This document shows positions 49,736 through 64,000 of a DNA stretch of 64,000 bases, in pieces. Both the position numbers and the translations under genes were made by a program. This DNA comes from Gekko japonicus (lineage: Eukaryota): assembly GCF_001447785.1 (NCBI RefSeq), contig NW_015161410.1:1286366-1350365 (forward strand). The letters run 5' to 3'. Within the stretch, counting starts at the first letter, position 1. Each line of letters opens with the position of its first letter. A model generated the notes under the pieces. That model was not told the DNA's origin, searched no databases, and saw nothing but the letters and a program-made list of their open reading frames with translations.

Positions 49736-51996
49736 ACTACTACCACCACCACCACTACTACTGTTAGATGTTGACCACAAATTTAGTATGTATATATGTG
49801 GAAGGTAATCCAGAAAAACAGTTCTGTTGCATTTGATTTCAAAAGAGGAAACTTCTCAATAATTTACTTCAAAAACAGACCAATATTTATTTAAATATAT
49901 CAGAAGTAGGAAATCAGCAAGTGAGGTAGTTGAGCTGTTGAATGACAGAGTTATGGAGGGTTATTGAGGGAGGATAGGGCAGTTACATAGAAGTGGAATT
50001 AATTATTTGTATCAGACTTCTCTATGACTGAAGGTGAACTTCGTTTCTTGTTACTTCTAGGTCCAAGGCTAATGGACAAATCACAAATGAACACATCACT
50101 GATTGTAGATGACATACACTGGAGTTCTTTAAGATCTCAGATTTTGGTTTGCCCATTTGAGTTCAAGATCTCTCATTGAGCTTAAGTGTGAAATCATTCT
50201 AAAGAAATGGAGCTTAAAGTTAGAAGATAAGAAAATGGGCAGTTTAACAGAAGTTTATAAAACATACCTTCTGAAATGCCACTGAAATGTTGCCCCCAAA
50301 GTCTGCTGACTTGGGGAACCAGCGTTTGGTGAATACACACACCAGATCTGTATTAAGGGAGCTTTGCCTCTCAAAAGCATATACCCTAAAAATCTTATTG
50401 GTCTCTTAATGTGCTACTGGACTCGAATTGAACTGTTCTACTGCACACCAACACAGCTACCCTCTGAAAAGGTCTGTATTTGGCTCTGAAATTATGCAAT
50501 TCAGGTTTACAGTCATGTTTCTTGTAATACCCACTGAAGCAGATAAACTGTGTGCTATGATCTAAGAAATAATAGATATTTCATGATATATGTGCCTAAT
50601 TATTTTTCCCCTCAATTTTTATATTACATTCTGCCTCATTAGCGGAAAATGTATCTTTCCTAATGTGTTTTCATTCTCAGAACATCTTGGAATGTAATAA
50701 AAACGTATGGCATTTTAAGCAGGGAAAAGAGACAGTATAATGAAAGTAAAATGCATTTTTCATTTTTACTTATTTTTCCTGTTTCCCAGTAGTATGCTTG
50801 AGAACGTGCCGCGTTCTGTGTTCTCTTGGGTGCTGCTTGATGCCAAAGAGGTTTTAAAGACAGGAAATCATGCTGCTAAACAAATATTCAACATTGCAAT
50901 ATCCTTAGACTGTATAAACCCCTCATGGCTGAGATCATTGGTCCTCTGTTGGTTCTGTGCCAGCCATAACAAGCATTGCAGACCTGATTGAGACTCCTGA
51001 ATGTTACTGTGCAAAATGCCTGAGAAAACATTGTGTTCCATTACTGTCGCTGTGTAGGTAGAGGTATCTTTGTCCCATGCCTAATATCTGTGGTACACAT
51101 GTCAGCATCTTGTGCAGTATCAAGAGCTTTCATTGAAAAGTTGAAGGTTTTTTTAGCTGGGTCCTTACAGTTCCATTAATAGTGTGCAGTGTTCATGTTG
51201 ACCTGATACTGTTCTTCATATCCTGACAGAAAGGGTCACTAACATTCCTAACACTGAAGGTCTGGATCATACATTCAGGCAGGATACTGTCTTGGGACAG
51301 TGGCATGGACACCATGCTTTTCACCATGCAGCATGAACATCAGATTCTTCAGAAGCTTGTTTTGAACAATTCCCTCTCTTCTGTTTTTTTTAAGAGAGAC
51401 GGAAGATTATGCAAAGTGTTCAGAATGCTTTAGATATTCCAGTAATCCTTTTTAATTTTATAAACAGATATAAAGTTATAAATATGCAAACTGCATAAAT
51501 ACATCAAAGCATCCAATAGGGATGGGGGGGAACCTGAAATGTAAAAGCTATAGCATGTACTAAGCACAAAGTGCTTGATTAACACCTAATCTATAGGTTT
51601 GATTCCAATAACTAACAAATGGATACCATTTTTAAAACATATTCTTGCCTGTTACAGTTCTTTTTCCCATAGATACTTAACAGCTGTTGTTTTATTCACA
51701 AGCTTCACATGCCATGTTTTCTTACGCCATTCATGCATACTCAGTAATCCTTATCTAGGTGAAAGGGTTATCCATTGATGTTTAGAAGCAAAACACCTTA
51801 TTTGAAATGTAAAATCCAGAGAGATTGCAAAATTCTTTTTTCTTCCTTCAAATAAATGCTATAGAAACAGCACTCAGGGGTGCTTTAGGTATGAATTACC
51901 TTTCCTTGTGCCAGTGGGTTGGAATAGATAACTCAGCGGAGTCCTTTCCAGTTCTGTAACGTCATGCTGTTTTAAAATATGTATTTCTACTTATAG

Positions 51997-52365
<369 letters not shown>

Positions 52366-53792
52366 TAAAGGTTGACATGAAAACAAAAGCATTCTCAGAC
52401 TCCAATAATGCTCTCCTAGACCAATAGCATATATGGATATCCTCATTTTCAGAGATACTCATGTACAAACACATGAAGTGGCCTTGTACTAAGTCAGACC
52501 ATTGGTCTTTCAAGTAATGTGTGCTCTTTTTCACATTGTCTACTGGCCGGTCCCTTTATCTAGAGAAGCTGGGGATTGAAATGCATGTTGAAATGCATGT
52601 TTTATGGCTATCTGCCCAGTGATTAGTTGCTCTTTGAAGTCAGACAACTCTGAAAAATGATGAAGGATAGTGGGCTGGCATCAGGAAACATCTTTCAACA
52701 ACATAATCCCTACATGAGTCTCAATTCCTTTTCAGGTGACGTTTTCAAGAAAATGAACATTCATGGGGGTGAAAGGAGGGAGTGGGATCATGATAGCAAG
52801 GGGCTACCCTTTGCATTTTCAATAAGAAATGCGCATAGGTTCTGTGCACATTTGTATATTTCTCTGTGTGACTGGGAACCCTGAAAACAGGCTCCCCAGC
52901 ATTGGAAGGAGAATTCTGTGTACGTATACTTGCATATGTGTAGGACCGATACGCATTATACCGATGTATGCTTTCCAGTAAATGAGCATGGGTCATGCAA
53001 AGAGCTTGTCAATCCTGCTATGTGCATGGGTGTTAATTTTACCTGAAAAACTGAAATGCCTTGTCCTCTCACTCCTGTTCTGTAGTCACTCACAGTTCAA
53101 CTCATATTTTTCTTTTCACCAGTGAACATGAGATTTAACAAAAATATGGTCTTTGTAGTGCAGACGTTGACCATTTTCTGTTTAATATGGTATCACTTTG
53201 TTCATTTCATTAGCCTCTGGAGTTATGAAGGGGTCTTCCATGACTCACATTCATTTCAAGTGCTCCAATTGATAGCCAGCACAGGATTGGCTCTTCACAA
53301 TGCTTATTTGGTGGCCCTGCGTTTTATAGGTGACAAAAATCAACACTGGTGGATAGATGTGGATTTCCTGAGTGTGATTCTTCACAACTGTCTACCATAT
53401 ATGATTGCCTGCTAGAATCACATCTTCTGTAGCAACAGAGGAAATATGACAAAGGTCAGCAGGTGGAGGCTTATGGGTCAAATAAGATGCCTCTTGGCCC
53501 TGTGGTTGCCAAAATGGATTCTGAACTGGTGTGCTGAAAGTGTTATCAGTGGTAACAAAACTTACTGGTGGTTGACTATAGGAAGTGAGAGTTGACCAGC
53601 TGGCCCACCAGCCTCCCGAATTTTTCAAAGTTGTCCCATTCTGAAGAAGGGCAATTGCTGCTTTGGATCATGGGAGGTAAACATTGGTTGGATTAGATCT
53701 GACATCTGTATTACTTGCTTATTTTGTATTGGTGGACAACCTGATTACTGTTTGGGCCTCAGTATATGTAAATATAAGTGTAGGCCCTGGTT

Positions 53793-54135
53793 TAGGGTTG
53801 CCAGGTCCCCTCGCCGTCATGGCGGGGGGAGTTGGATGGCATTCTGGGGGTGGGAGGGACATTGTCAGGTGATGTCCTGGTCTGATGATGTCACCTGTAA
53901 GTGATGTCATTATGTCAGTGATGCCGCACATGACACCCTGATTTTGGGGCAAAAACTATATATTTTTTAACTTCAAAACCATAGAGTTTGGTCCAAAACC
54001 AGAGCATTGGCACACACTGTCAACAGCATGATGAAGTTACTTCTGGGTGATGTCATTTTGTTGGGGACGTTGCCCAATGATTCCCCTATTTGGGGGTGGG
54101 TAAACTCCGCTGGGACCTGGGGGCTAGCAACCCTA
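53793..54135. mobile_element. hAT-type (Blackjack-like TIR) MITE
   Basis: TIRs tagggttgccagg / ctagcaacccta. Perfect 8-bp TSD ccctggtt. Confidence 0.85.
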
Positions 54136-56928
54136 CCCTGGTTTGTGGCATTGGGGTTTTTCTTTGTTTTTAAAATCGCTATTTCATTGTAGCTGCTTGT
54201 ATGAACCCTGGTCTTTGAGAATGTCTGTCAGCAGCAGGCCATGATATCTCTTGGTTCTCCCATTTTAGTATAACACACAGCGGTTCACAGTCTTCTCTTA
54301 GAGAACTGTAAGCTTCTCAAACACCAAGGAAAAGCATGCAAAGCATTCCATCATATTAAGTTCCAAGACAGTGATTCACAATGTGTAGTATTTTTTCCTG
54401 TAATCCCCCCCCCCGAATTCAATATCTCCACATGAGTAAGGCTGGTGACTAAAGAAATCAGCATGAAGCTTGTTTTCCTATATACCTTTATTCTTAAACA
54501 GAGGATTTTAAAGGCATTTCCCCCAGTTTTGTTTAGTCCCCTTGCTTTGCTTCTTCTGACCTAATTCTGATGTGAAAATACTTTTTTAAAATAAAAAGAG
54601 GTTGATATTGCTTCATCTTCAAAGAAATCAATTCCAGATTCATGCTTTTGCTTCTTAGTCAATGGTGGGAGGTCTTTATTTTTACTTATTCAGAAAGTTT
54701 TTTAATCTATATATTATATTTATAAACTTGCTTTATCTTGTGGATTCGAGGTGTCATTATTTTGTGGGTTCAGGGTATTATTCTAATGTTACCAATCTCC
54801 GCCTTTGTCTTTAAGTGTTAGATCAGTGATACTCCCTCTGCGGCTTGTAGAGAGCCACATTCACAGTTTCCATTAACCCAAAGAGGCACATCTACTTCCA
54901 TCACTGGTGTGAAGTCTGCACCTCAGGGAGGCAGCTCCGGTGGCTATTTCAAGGTGGAAACTACTTGCCAATCAGAAGCCTTGCTGGGCTAGGACCTTGT
55001 ACATTTTTATGAAACACAGAGCAGGGGGCACACTGGGGAACAGTACTTAGAAGAGCAACAAGTGGCATGTCAAAGACTCACTTGTGGCTCTAGAGCTACT
55101 ATCAGTATATTATGTTTAAGTGACTTAAGGACAATATGCTAAAATCGGTGGTGATGCTCAAATCTGTATCCCTAGCTCTGTCCGCCACACTGTTCTACCT
55201 TGTCAGAAACATATATCCTTCCAACCAAGCCCTACCTTAGATCCTCACACATTAATATTGAATGTTTGACCAAGGTTATCTTTCCTGAAAGACACTACTG
55301 AACCCAACCTCTGGGTCTGCATCTAATGGACTTGTTCGTGATTGGTAGGGATCCAGTTTCATGGTTTGGATTCACTACAGTAAATCCTTCTAATCTGCTT
55401 CTTCTTAGTATTTTCTTTTCCCAGAATAGAGCATGCCCTTCTTCTGTTGCTATAATGTACACTCAGTTTGAGTTCCCCTCACATTCTCTGTCCCAAATAT
55501 AATCACATGCCTAAGCTGGTTTAGTGGGAGTATTATTTATATTCCACAGATCCCCCTGAGAAAGCTCAATGTGAAACTCAATGCAAAAGCTCAATATTAA
55601 TATTTTGAATAAAAATTTCTTCCCATTGCACCATTGTTTTTTCTTCATGTCTGGATGGTACAATGCATGGCAGATTGCTTGCTATCATTATCTGTTGCAA
55701 TCAGTACAATAGAAATACTGCAAGTGTAAAGTCCATTTGTAGGGCTTTTAATGGGATTTAGGAAGTATGCATTTTTAGAGTGGAGTGGGGTTATATGGGG
55801 TTTTATCATATTCTGTGCAATGTAAATTTGAATTTATAATCTCTCCTGAGCTTTGGTAAAGGCAGGGTATTTCAATTAATACATAAATTGTTTGTGTTGT
55901 GGTGTGCCTAGGCTGTTGGGTTTGGAGAAGCCCTGCCTCGAAGCACCTGATTTATCCCAGACATCATTTTTTCAGTCCTTTTAAGATTATTGGAATAACC
56001 CAACCGATACCAGCCTGCACTAGTTTAAGAAAGGTGATGGATAAATATTTCTTGGCATGCAATAAACCAGTTAGGTTAATAAGGATCTAATCTGAAGACT
56101 GGTGGCCTTGGAAACCTTTTCATTAATTTTGAATGAACAAAGAAATAAAGGATGCTCAAATCTAGTAAGTCTGGTGTATTGGAAGTAATGCAGTATATGC
56201 AGTATAGAAATTTAAGTGTAAACAGCTCTGTGAGGGATGGTACTTAGCATGGAGCAACTACATATGAGAGTTTCCAGTTACTATTTGTTGGCGATTAAGC
56301 AACATCTGTCTTAAACGTAGGCTCCCATCTCTTTGCATCATTAGCTGTTGAGCATGTACTTACTCTTGATTTTACTGAAAATATTTGAAGTGCACTGAAG
56401 CATCACATCGCTGGAAATGAGCAGGGTGACCAAGATGAAAAGGAATCCGATTGATCTAGCATAGTGATGGGAAACTCAAGCACAAGGGAACATTAAATCA
56501 GGAAAATGGGGAGGAGTAATGTAGGCGAGTACAACAGATATTGATAATGTATCTCTTCAACGTTTATTTTCCTACATGCCATCGGCATTAATCATTTGAA
56601 TGATGGCAGTCCCTGGGAACTGTAGAATCTGACAGGCAGGTGTGTTACAAACATCTGGCAACCAATACAGAAGCAGCTGATGTCATCATTCACTTTCTGA
56701 AACTTAAAAAAAATGTTTATTTTCAGTTTCCATTGACTGATTTTGCCACTTTAATGTTATAGAAGACGTTCTGTAGAGAATGTTAGTTTGCTCTTCTGTA
56801 CCAATAAGTGCTGTCAGTGCTCTTGCCCTTCAAATACAGATTTTGAATTCCTTGTCAACAAATTATTCAAGATAGACCAAGGACCAACATGTCAACAGCC
56901 CAGGCTCATGGGGGCCCCTTTAAATTTA

Positions 56929-57213
56929 GAGACCCAGTTTGGTGTAGTGGTTAAGTGTGCGGACTCTGATCTGGGAGAACCAGGTTTGATTCCCCACTCC
57001 TTCACTTGCACCTGCTGGATGACCTTGGGGAAGCCATAGTTCTGGCACAGCTGTTCTTGAAAAAGAGCAGTTTCTGTCAGAGCTCTCTCAGCCCCACCTA
57101 CCTCACAAGGTGTCTGTTGTGGGGAGGGGAAGGGAAAGGAGCTTGTAAGCCGCTCTGAGACTCCTTTGGGTAGTGAAGGGCTGGGTATAAATCCAGTCAC
57201 TTCTTTCTTCTTC
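56929..57213 (+). mobile_element. Squam3-like SINE, full length
   Basis: A box tggtgtagtgg, B box ggtttgattcccc, CORE-like tgaccttggg…cacctacctcacaagg, and tail tgtaagccgctctgagactcc…ggtataaatcc(ttc)n. Confidence 0.85.
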
Positions 57214-57619
57214 TCTCTAGATAGTGGCATCCATTAGAAATTGTTCCTTTGCACAATAGCCCATGATTCAACATTCAACCACAGCCTAACATTTTGTTAG
57301 GGTTTGCAGTGATGCACAGTCAGGTTCATTTTGTACAGTGGAGGTACTTCATTTGTTGAGCAATCAGATTTAAAGAGACCAGCATGTATTGGGACAAGCT
57401 CTGGTCAGAACACTGGGGGTCATATATTTATATGTTTAGTTATTTCTCATTGTAGGGAAGAATATGGACTAGGCTTAGAAGTGGAAGCTTTTCTGAGAAC
57501 TGGAAGCATTTCCAAGGAGTGTCAGACTGCAAGGCCTATTTCTGTGAGAAACTCATGTGTTTTTTTTGTTTTGTTGTTGTTGTTCATAATACACTTTCTA
57601 CTGACTCTCATAATCTAGA

Positions 57620-57995
57620 CTGGGATCCCCAACCTTTTTGAGTCTGTGGGCATTTTTGGAATTTTGAGAGGGAGGTGTGAGCACCATCCTAAAATGGCTG
57701 CCACAGGAGGCAGAGCCAAACAGAATACCTCTCTCCTCATAGCTCCTGAGAAGAAGGAAAGCCTGAAGGGGAAATGGAACCACACATCGCAAAGGAAAGT
57801 CCAAGTGCTTACCAGACATGATGTTTCCGTGAAAAAACCTTTCATTTGAATGAGAGCAGCAAAAAAAAAAACAAACCCCCCCCCCCAAGCCCAGCATTAC
57901 AATGTCCCCATCCACTTTCTGAAAAGCTTGGCAGGTACCAAGGGAAGCCCTGGTAGGTTGCATGGTGCCCACGGTACCATGTTGGGAGAATCCTA
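57620..57995. mobile_element. Degraded hAT-Charlie-like non-autonomous element
   Basis: Ends ctgggatccccaacc / gttgggagaatcct. Flanks aatctaga / gatcttga resemble the Charlie TCTAGA target. Confidence 0.55.
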
Positions 57996-60319
57996 GATCT
58001 TGAGCCAGCATGGATGTAATGTTAGCTGGCCATTAATTAGGGCTTGTATCCACACAGGGTTGAATATTTCAGTATTGTAATAATTCAGCTCTTGGGTTTT
58101 CCATTGTGGACAACAAATCCATTGTGGACAACAGCTGCATCCAGGTGTACATATGGCCTAGGATTAAAGGACCAGGTAGGATATGGGGCCCTTCCTCCCC
58201 TCCTTTTCCCTCTTGCTAATTAATTCTATGTGACTGTCTCTGTTCCTTCGTCAAATCAGAGTTGTGAAAATTATTTTTTGCTAGGATGGTGGGTATATGT
58301 CTTTGTTGGTTTGATGTAAAGTCTCCCAAACAACAGTTAGCTAAAAACACTAAGCTCCAAGGTGGTGATCACAGGTGACTTGAGACTCCAGTTGCAATCT
58401 CGCTTCTGGCACCAGTTTGCTTGGAAGAATTTGAGATAGAAAATAAACCCAGAGTATAAAGTTTATAATACCGTGTTCACATAATGCATTAGAAAATTGG
58501 CAAGGATTCAGGTAGCAGCTTCAGGCATGCCTGAAGGCTTGTGCACACCCAGTGGGATGTTTCACTCTTTTTCTTTCAACAACAGAGCCCCTTGCCAGAT
58601 TACAAATTGCTTTTGAAACTGTCTGCCTTTCAGAAATGATTTGCCATAGGGCACAGAGAATGCTCTGCAAGAGACACGTGGCCAGATGGCCTTGCCCATG
58701 TGCCCCTCTGTATGCATAGAGTGATGAACGTAGGAGTAGGCGACATTGTCCCTGTAGAATATCACTGTGTACCTGCATGTGTGTATCCACTAGATTTAAG
58801 ATATAGGTAAGCAACTCTTCAAAACAGTAATTTAACTATTTCAATCCAGAGACCTTTAAAATAAACAAAGGTTTATTCAAGGTATGAGCTTTCATGTGCA
58901 AGGCTATTTAAACTGAAGTCTTTCTCATGTTGTCAGAACATATCAGTCCACTTTTTCTGATTTATCAATGAATCTGTGCAAAGCAAATATTTGATCTGCT
59001 ACTAGCAGCTATATGTTCCTTCTATCTATCCATGTCTTTCTCCAAGAAATATAGGGGAGTAAACAACAATCCCCTCCTCCGTTTTATCAGCAAAATCGTG
59101 TAAAGTATATTGGTTTGCAAGAGTGACTGGTCCAAGATCACACAGTAAATTGTATGGCTGAGTGAAGATCTGAATCTGGGTCACATCAGTCTTAATCTGG
59201 TACTCCGAAAGTTCTTTGGACCCAAAATATAATACATATAATCAAACCTTGGAACCAGCAAGAGGAGAAGTGTCTAGGGTCAAGTTTAGAATGCATGCCT
59301 TTACAGTTAACATGTATAAGGATGGAAAAGGTTCTGGTCTTTGAAAGCTCATTCTGCAATTAACTAGTTAGTCTATGCTTCAGCAGATTAATATGGCCAA
59401 ACTTTTGTTAACAAAACAATAAAGGTTTTCATACCAAAAATATTTTTGAGACTGCATTCTAAATCTGAGAATGCTGTCAATTTTGAAAACACTTTTGCAG
59501 TATTGAAAATAAGAAAATGTTATCTAATCAAACTGTAATTGACTCTGTTGCCTGGTTTTTGTTAAAAAATAAAACTTTTTTTTCTTCTAAGTATCCTTTA
59601 AGGACTTGTCAAATGAAATGTGGAATTGTTCCTTGCAGAGAATGGGATGATGCATTATAATTGGTGAATTTATAAAGCTGTTAACGTGGATAGTTAATGC
59701 AGGGAAATGAAATATGTATGCACCTATAATAAGGCAGACTCACATTAAGAAGAATCCACTATGTGTAAAAATATGTCCTGTGGAAATTGATAGATAATCT
59801 GCTGTCAGCATTTCACTTGGGGGATAATAGAGTTGAAGCAAAACGTACCAAAGCAGACATAAAAATAAAATTAAAAGAGCATGTATGTATGTCGGAGAGT
59901 TTATTATCTTTTTACTTGGTGTATGGGGATCCATAACTTCCATATCAAAGCAAGCAGTCCAGCCAGAGAAATGAAATTTAAACCCTGATTTTCAGTACAA
60001 ATGTTAGTGTAGCTAGGTTTTGAAACTGAATTACTGTCTAGTTCTCAGTGAGGGTTGTGTTTTGTTTTGTTTTTAGTTTTTAATGCATCTCCCCAATAAG
60101 TGCCATTTTATGTTTTTGCATGGTTTGTTTTTGGACCAGTGTGGTATAGGGAGCCTTGCTCTGCAACTACATCAGCCTGTTGAGCAACATCATATAAAAT
60201 TGTGGGTAGGTGGGAAGCTCAGTGCTCCTCTAAGATCATCCTTCCTCTGCCATCAAGAGCCTGGAGGAGTTGCTGATGTTCTCACTCCTGCCACCACTTC
60301 TTTAGAGGTAGCCATAAAC

Positions 60320-60497
60320 CAGCCCCGTAGCCAGGGAATTTGGGGGGAGGGGGCCTCGGGGGCCCCACCACCTAATTAAATGAAAGCACAGTGCAGGTGG
60401 TAAGTTGGAGCACTTTGCGGGCAGCCTGGGAGGGAGGGGGTCCAGAAGAAATGCTAGGGGGCCGGGCCCCGTGGGCCCCATGGTAGCTACAGGCCAG
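60320..60497. mobile_element. Short GC-rich hAT-type MITE
   Basis: Imperfect TIRs cagccccgtagc / gctacaggccag. Perfect 8-bp TSD ccataaac. Confidence 0.75.
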
Positions 60498-62183
60498 CCA
60501 TAAACTATGTCATAGCTGACATAACTTAGTTAGTTCAGTGCAGGCTTCTTTCAGAAACTGTTAGCTTTGGATGGGAGGGGAAAGAAATTGGCCAAGCTGC
60601 TTGTTTACATACGTCACAACCTAAGCAAATATGGCGTCCTCCACATCTGAAAAAAACAAAACAAAAATAGAGTATAGACAGGAAAGTTTAGGCTTTAATT
60701 CTGTATTTGAGAGCTAAAAATGGCCCCTACTACATGCTGCCTCTGCCTGAGCTGGACGTCCCCCATACCATAAATGGCAAATGCGCTAGCATAATAGCCT
60801 TACAGTGTAACCGTAAAAAGAGTTGCACTCTTCTAAGTCCATTGAAGTGATTGGATTAAGAAGGTTATCTCTACTTTGGAGTCCACTGTCAGACAGTAGA
60901 TGCACATGGAGAATATAAACTGAAAAAGGGAATGAGAGCAGATAGTGAAAGGGGCCAATGGTGGATGAACTTCCCCCCCAAAAAAGTATTAGGGGAGTGT
61001 AACAGGAAAAGGTGAGAAATGTGCCCTAGAGACAGAGGAGTGCCATCCACCATCAGGGGCTGTACTGAGGGAGTTAAGAGCTGACAGAGACAAGTGAGGT
61101 GGGAAAAATGGAGTTACAAATCAGGTTTTGAGGGTTAGTTTAACAGGGGTGTTAATATTTCTCTCTAGTTGTATGTCCTTTCTAAATACATTTAGTACTT
61201 GTTCATGTTTTAAAAGAAATCATCTTGCACCTGTCAGTTTTACCTCAGTGATTGTTCAGGCTGGGGGGGGGGGTGTTCTTTCTTTTTACTCACGCCAAGA
61301 GCTATGAAGCCAGTTTATAGTCTCCTCTTCATGTTCCCTCTAGGAACCCCGGTGCAGTGGGGTAGGCGGGAAACTGAAATAGTGACAGAAGAGAAAAATC
61401 CTGTGGGGTGGTGGTTAGTCCCCCCAGGTTATCTATCACAATGAGATTAAAGGAAACTGGACCACTTGGAGAGCCAAGCGAACCACTTTGAGAACCAGCA
61501 TAAGGCCTTAGTCCAAAGTGGCGAGAGGATCATGACAGCGGGCAAGACCGAAGATCTTAAATAGACTCCTAATTGAGTTTCATCTTGGCTGCATAGGGTT
61601 TTGAGAACAGATATAATGCAGATGGATGATTCTGAATTATTGTTTAAATAAACCAGCGGTATTTCTTGTACTGTATGGTAGCTTTCTCTTTAAAATGCAT
61701 CTGGGGGAAAACAAACGGATGTCTCTCTTTATTTTTTTTGTCTTATTAAACCTACCAGCAGGATTAAAGCCCAGCTCCTGCATTGTAATTACACTACATC
61801 AATCACCATATGCTGTTTTGTTTGTTTTGCATTATCTTTATTGAGATTTTACTGTGAGATTAATGAGTGGAGAGTGTATTGGGGGAAAGGAATTCTTCAG
61901 AACTCTGGGGGCCCTGGAAAGAAACAACAACTCTGCACACCACCCATTATAATTCATTGTTTTGCATATGTCCACACTGAACCAAACATCATTTCTGATG
62001 CTGGCTTTCACAAGCAAGAAAAATTGACATTTTGAATTTCAACTTGGTTCAGGCTCTTCAGTGCTGAGTGTCTGTACAGAACATTTGTTGCTTAGCTGAA
62101 AAGTCATTAATCACAGCTGACCTAGGGATGGTGCAACTTTTAAAGTTCCTGTAATTAAATATATTATATTAAATATATAATTA

Positions 62184-62506
62184 GGGAGCTGCGGTGGCTC
62201 AAGTGGTTAAGACGCTGAACTACAGGCTGTGGAAGGTCGGTAGTTCAGCAGTTCGAGACCCGAGTGTGCCGCAGGACGGAGTGAGCTCCCATCTCTAGTT
62301 CCAGCTCCTGCCAACCTAGCAGTTCNNNNNNNNNNNNNNNNNNNNNNNNNNNNNNNNNNNNNNCCTTGGTGTTTAGTCATGCCGGCCACATGACCACGGA
62401 AATGTCTTTGGACAGCGCTGGCTCTTCGGCTTTGAAACGGAGATGAGCACCGCAACCCTAGAGTCGGATTTGGCTGGCTTTCGAGCAAGGAAACCTTTAC
62501 CTTTAC
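62184..62506 (+). mobile_element. Sauria SINE (Squam1), full length with an internal N gap
   Basis: tRNA-like head, ccagctcctgccaacctagcagttc core, (accttt)n tail and taatta TSD. Confidence 0.88.
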
Positions 62507-63746
62507 TAATTAAATATAGTGCTGCTTTCTGACTGCATTGCTATCGTGATAATCCTTTCTGCATCATAGATTCGTTCCATTAATATATCTGTAGAGACAA
62601 AGCATTTTCTGAAGGCTTTCAGTGATCAGAATGTGTAACGGATAGTCATCTTTTTACACATGTCTCTCTCGTAGGTGCAGAATGTAAATAATCAGGTCCC
62701 CCATTTTCCTTGCTTGGATGTGAAGGGAAATGTTTCCTCCTTCCTGCCTTGTCTTTCTGATGATACGAAATTAATTTTCTTAAAAATATGTTTTCTGTTT
62801 TACTATTCTCTCTCTAGAGTTGCCTGAAGGGTTGATCTGCTTTGGAATGGTCTTGTAGCTCTGTGCTGGTTTTCTTTATGATTGCCTAAATCAAAGATAA
62901 ATGGAGCTCTGGTATTGTGCTGATGGAGCCAGTTCCTGGGTTAAAGGATGTCTCATGGCTGACACTTGTCTTGTCTGCTTTAGTTTGCAAGGTCGTGGCT
63001 CTGAAATCATCTGGAAATAGGCAGTGTGTTAAATTGCACTGTAGAATGATAAAATAAACTGAGCCTGCCCAGAGGGGAAGAGACACTGCCAAGCAATGGT
63101 GTCCGTCTCTTTTAATATATACAAACACTTGTAACAAGTCACTCGCTGACGGACACAATTAGTCTCCATGTTCCCATTATAGAGGAAGCCTTGAAGAACC
63201 TGCGTGACATGCTGAGTAAAGAGCATTTCCTCAGACTGGCCTTTGTCTCAAAGGTCATAAAAAACTGTTAGGTGTTCTCCCCCCCCCCCCCCCCTCTCAT
63301 TTCAACTGTTCTTGTTAGTGAAACCTACAAATGTAAGTGGCGAGCAGTTTTTATTTTCCTTCACAGAAATACCTTTTCAGCACATTAAAATCTGTTTTGG
63401 TAAAATGCAGGACTGGTAGTTCAGCCCTCATCTCATTGGTTCTATGGTTCATTGGTTAGATAAAATGATGCTGAAGACAGTTAGTCAAAGGCTAGCTCAT
63501 CCCCACATAGTAAAGTGGGAGTTAGCATTCTAGTCCTGGCCACAGAATATGTAGGAGAAGATACCCTTTGAAAATCTTGCCTCCTCTCCCAGGTGCAAAC
63601 TCTGAACCCATTCCTACTCAAGCAGTACAGATACTGAACCTGCTCACGTTAGTCATGCCATCTTGGGCTTGTGTACTTGCCACAAATATGTTTAAAATAT
63701 TCCATCCTGCATCATCCATACTTTTCTGCTCTTTCAAATGACTTTC

Positions 63747-63973
63747 TAGTCATTTGGTGTGGTGGTTAATCTGGGAGAACCGGGTTTGATTCCCCACTCC
63801 TCCACTTGCACCTGGCTGGATGACCTTGGGCAAGCCATAGTTCTGATAGCTCTCTCAGCCCCACCTACCTCATAGGGTGCCTGTTGTGGGGAGGGGAAGG
63901 GAAAGGAGTTTGTAAGCCACTCTGAGACACCTTTGGGTAGCAAAGGGCGGGGTATAAATCCAATCTCTTCTTC
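63747..63973 (+). mobile_element. Squam3-like SINE with internal deletions
   Basis: Homologous to 56929-57213. Confidence 0.8.
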
Positions 63974-64000
63974 TAAAAGCTCATTGATTTTTAAAAAAGA

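Noticed and set aside
62960-63240. Possible conserved intronic enhancer (also ~2040-2330 and ~4380-4800)
   Set aside because: Non-repetitive-looking sequence only; conservation cannot be shown without a cross-species alignment.

Overview
Vertebrate genomic DNA from a squamate reptile. A gecko-like host is inferred from the repeat complement: Sauria/Squam-type SINEs, BovB, L2, CR1 and hAT MITEs. The window lies inside the polarity gene PARD3 on the + strand. It holds two short coding exons, 1755-1935 (181 nt) and 52040-52218 (179 nt), which match my recollection of human exons 3 and 4 and are joined in matching phase across a ~50.1 kb intron. The most notable feature is nested antisense in that intron: an intact, intronless 214-codon copy of tescalcin (TESC/CHP3) at 19572-20216. 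It has a GC/CpG-rich 5' leader and no poly(A) tail. Instead, ~130 nt after the stop it runs straight into a 5'-truncated, unusual composite retroposon made of a Sauria-SINE-like core, a GC-rich body and an L2-type tail. A full-length relative of that element sits at 6629-7328, inserted in a CR1 3' end. The shared core has the pairing pattern of a pseudoknot, with a compensatory change against the canonical Sauria SINE at 62.2 kb. The rest is intronic sequence with a nearly complete, frameshifted BovB LINE, LINE fragments, SINEs, several hAT-type MITEs with 8-bp TSDs, and four assembly gaps. Most ORFs in the supplied track are spurious. Family names come from motif recognition, not database searches.
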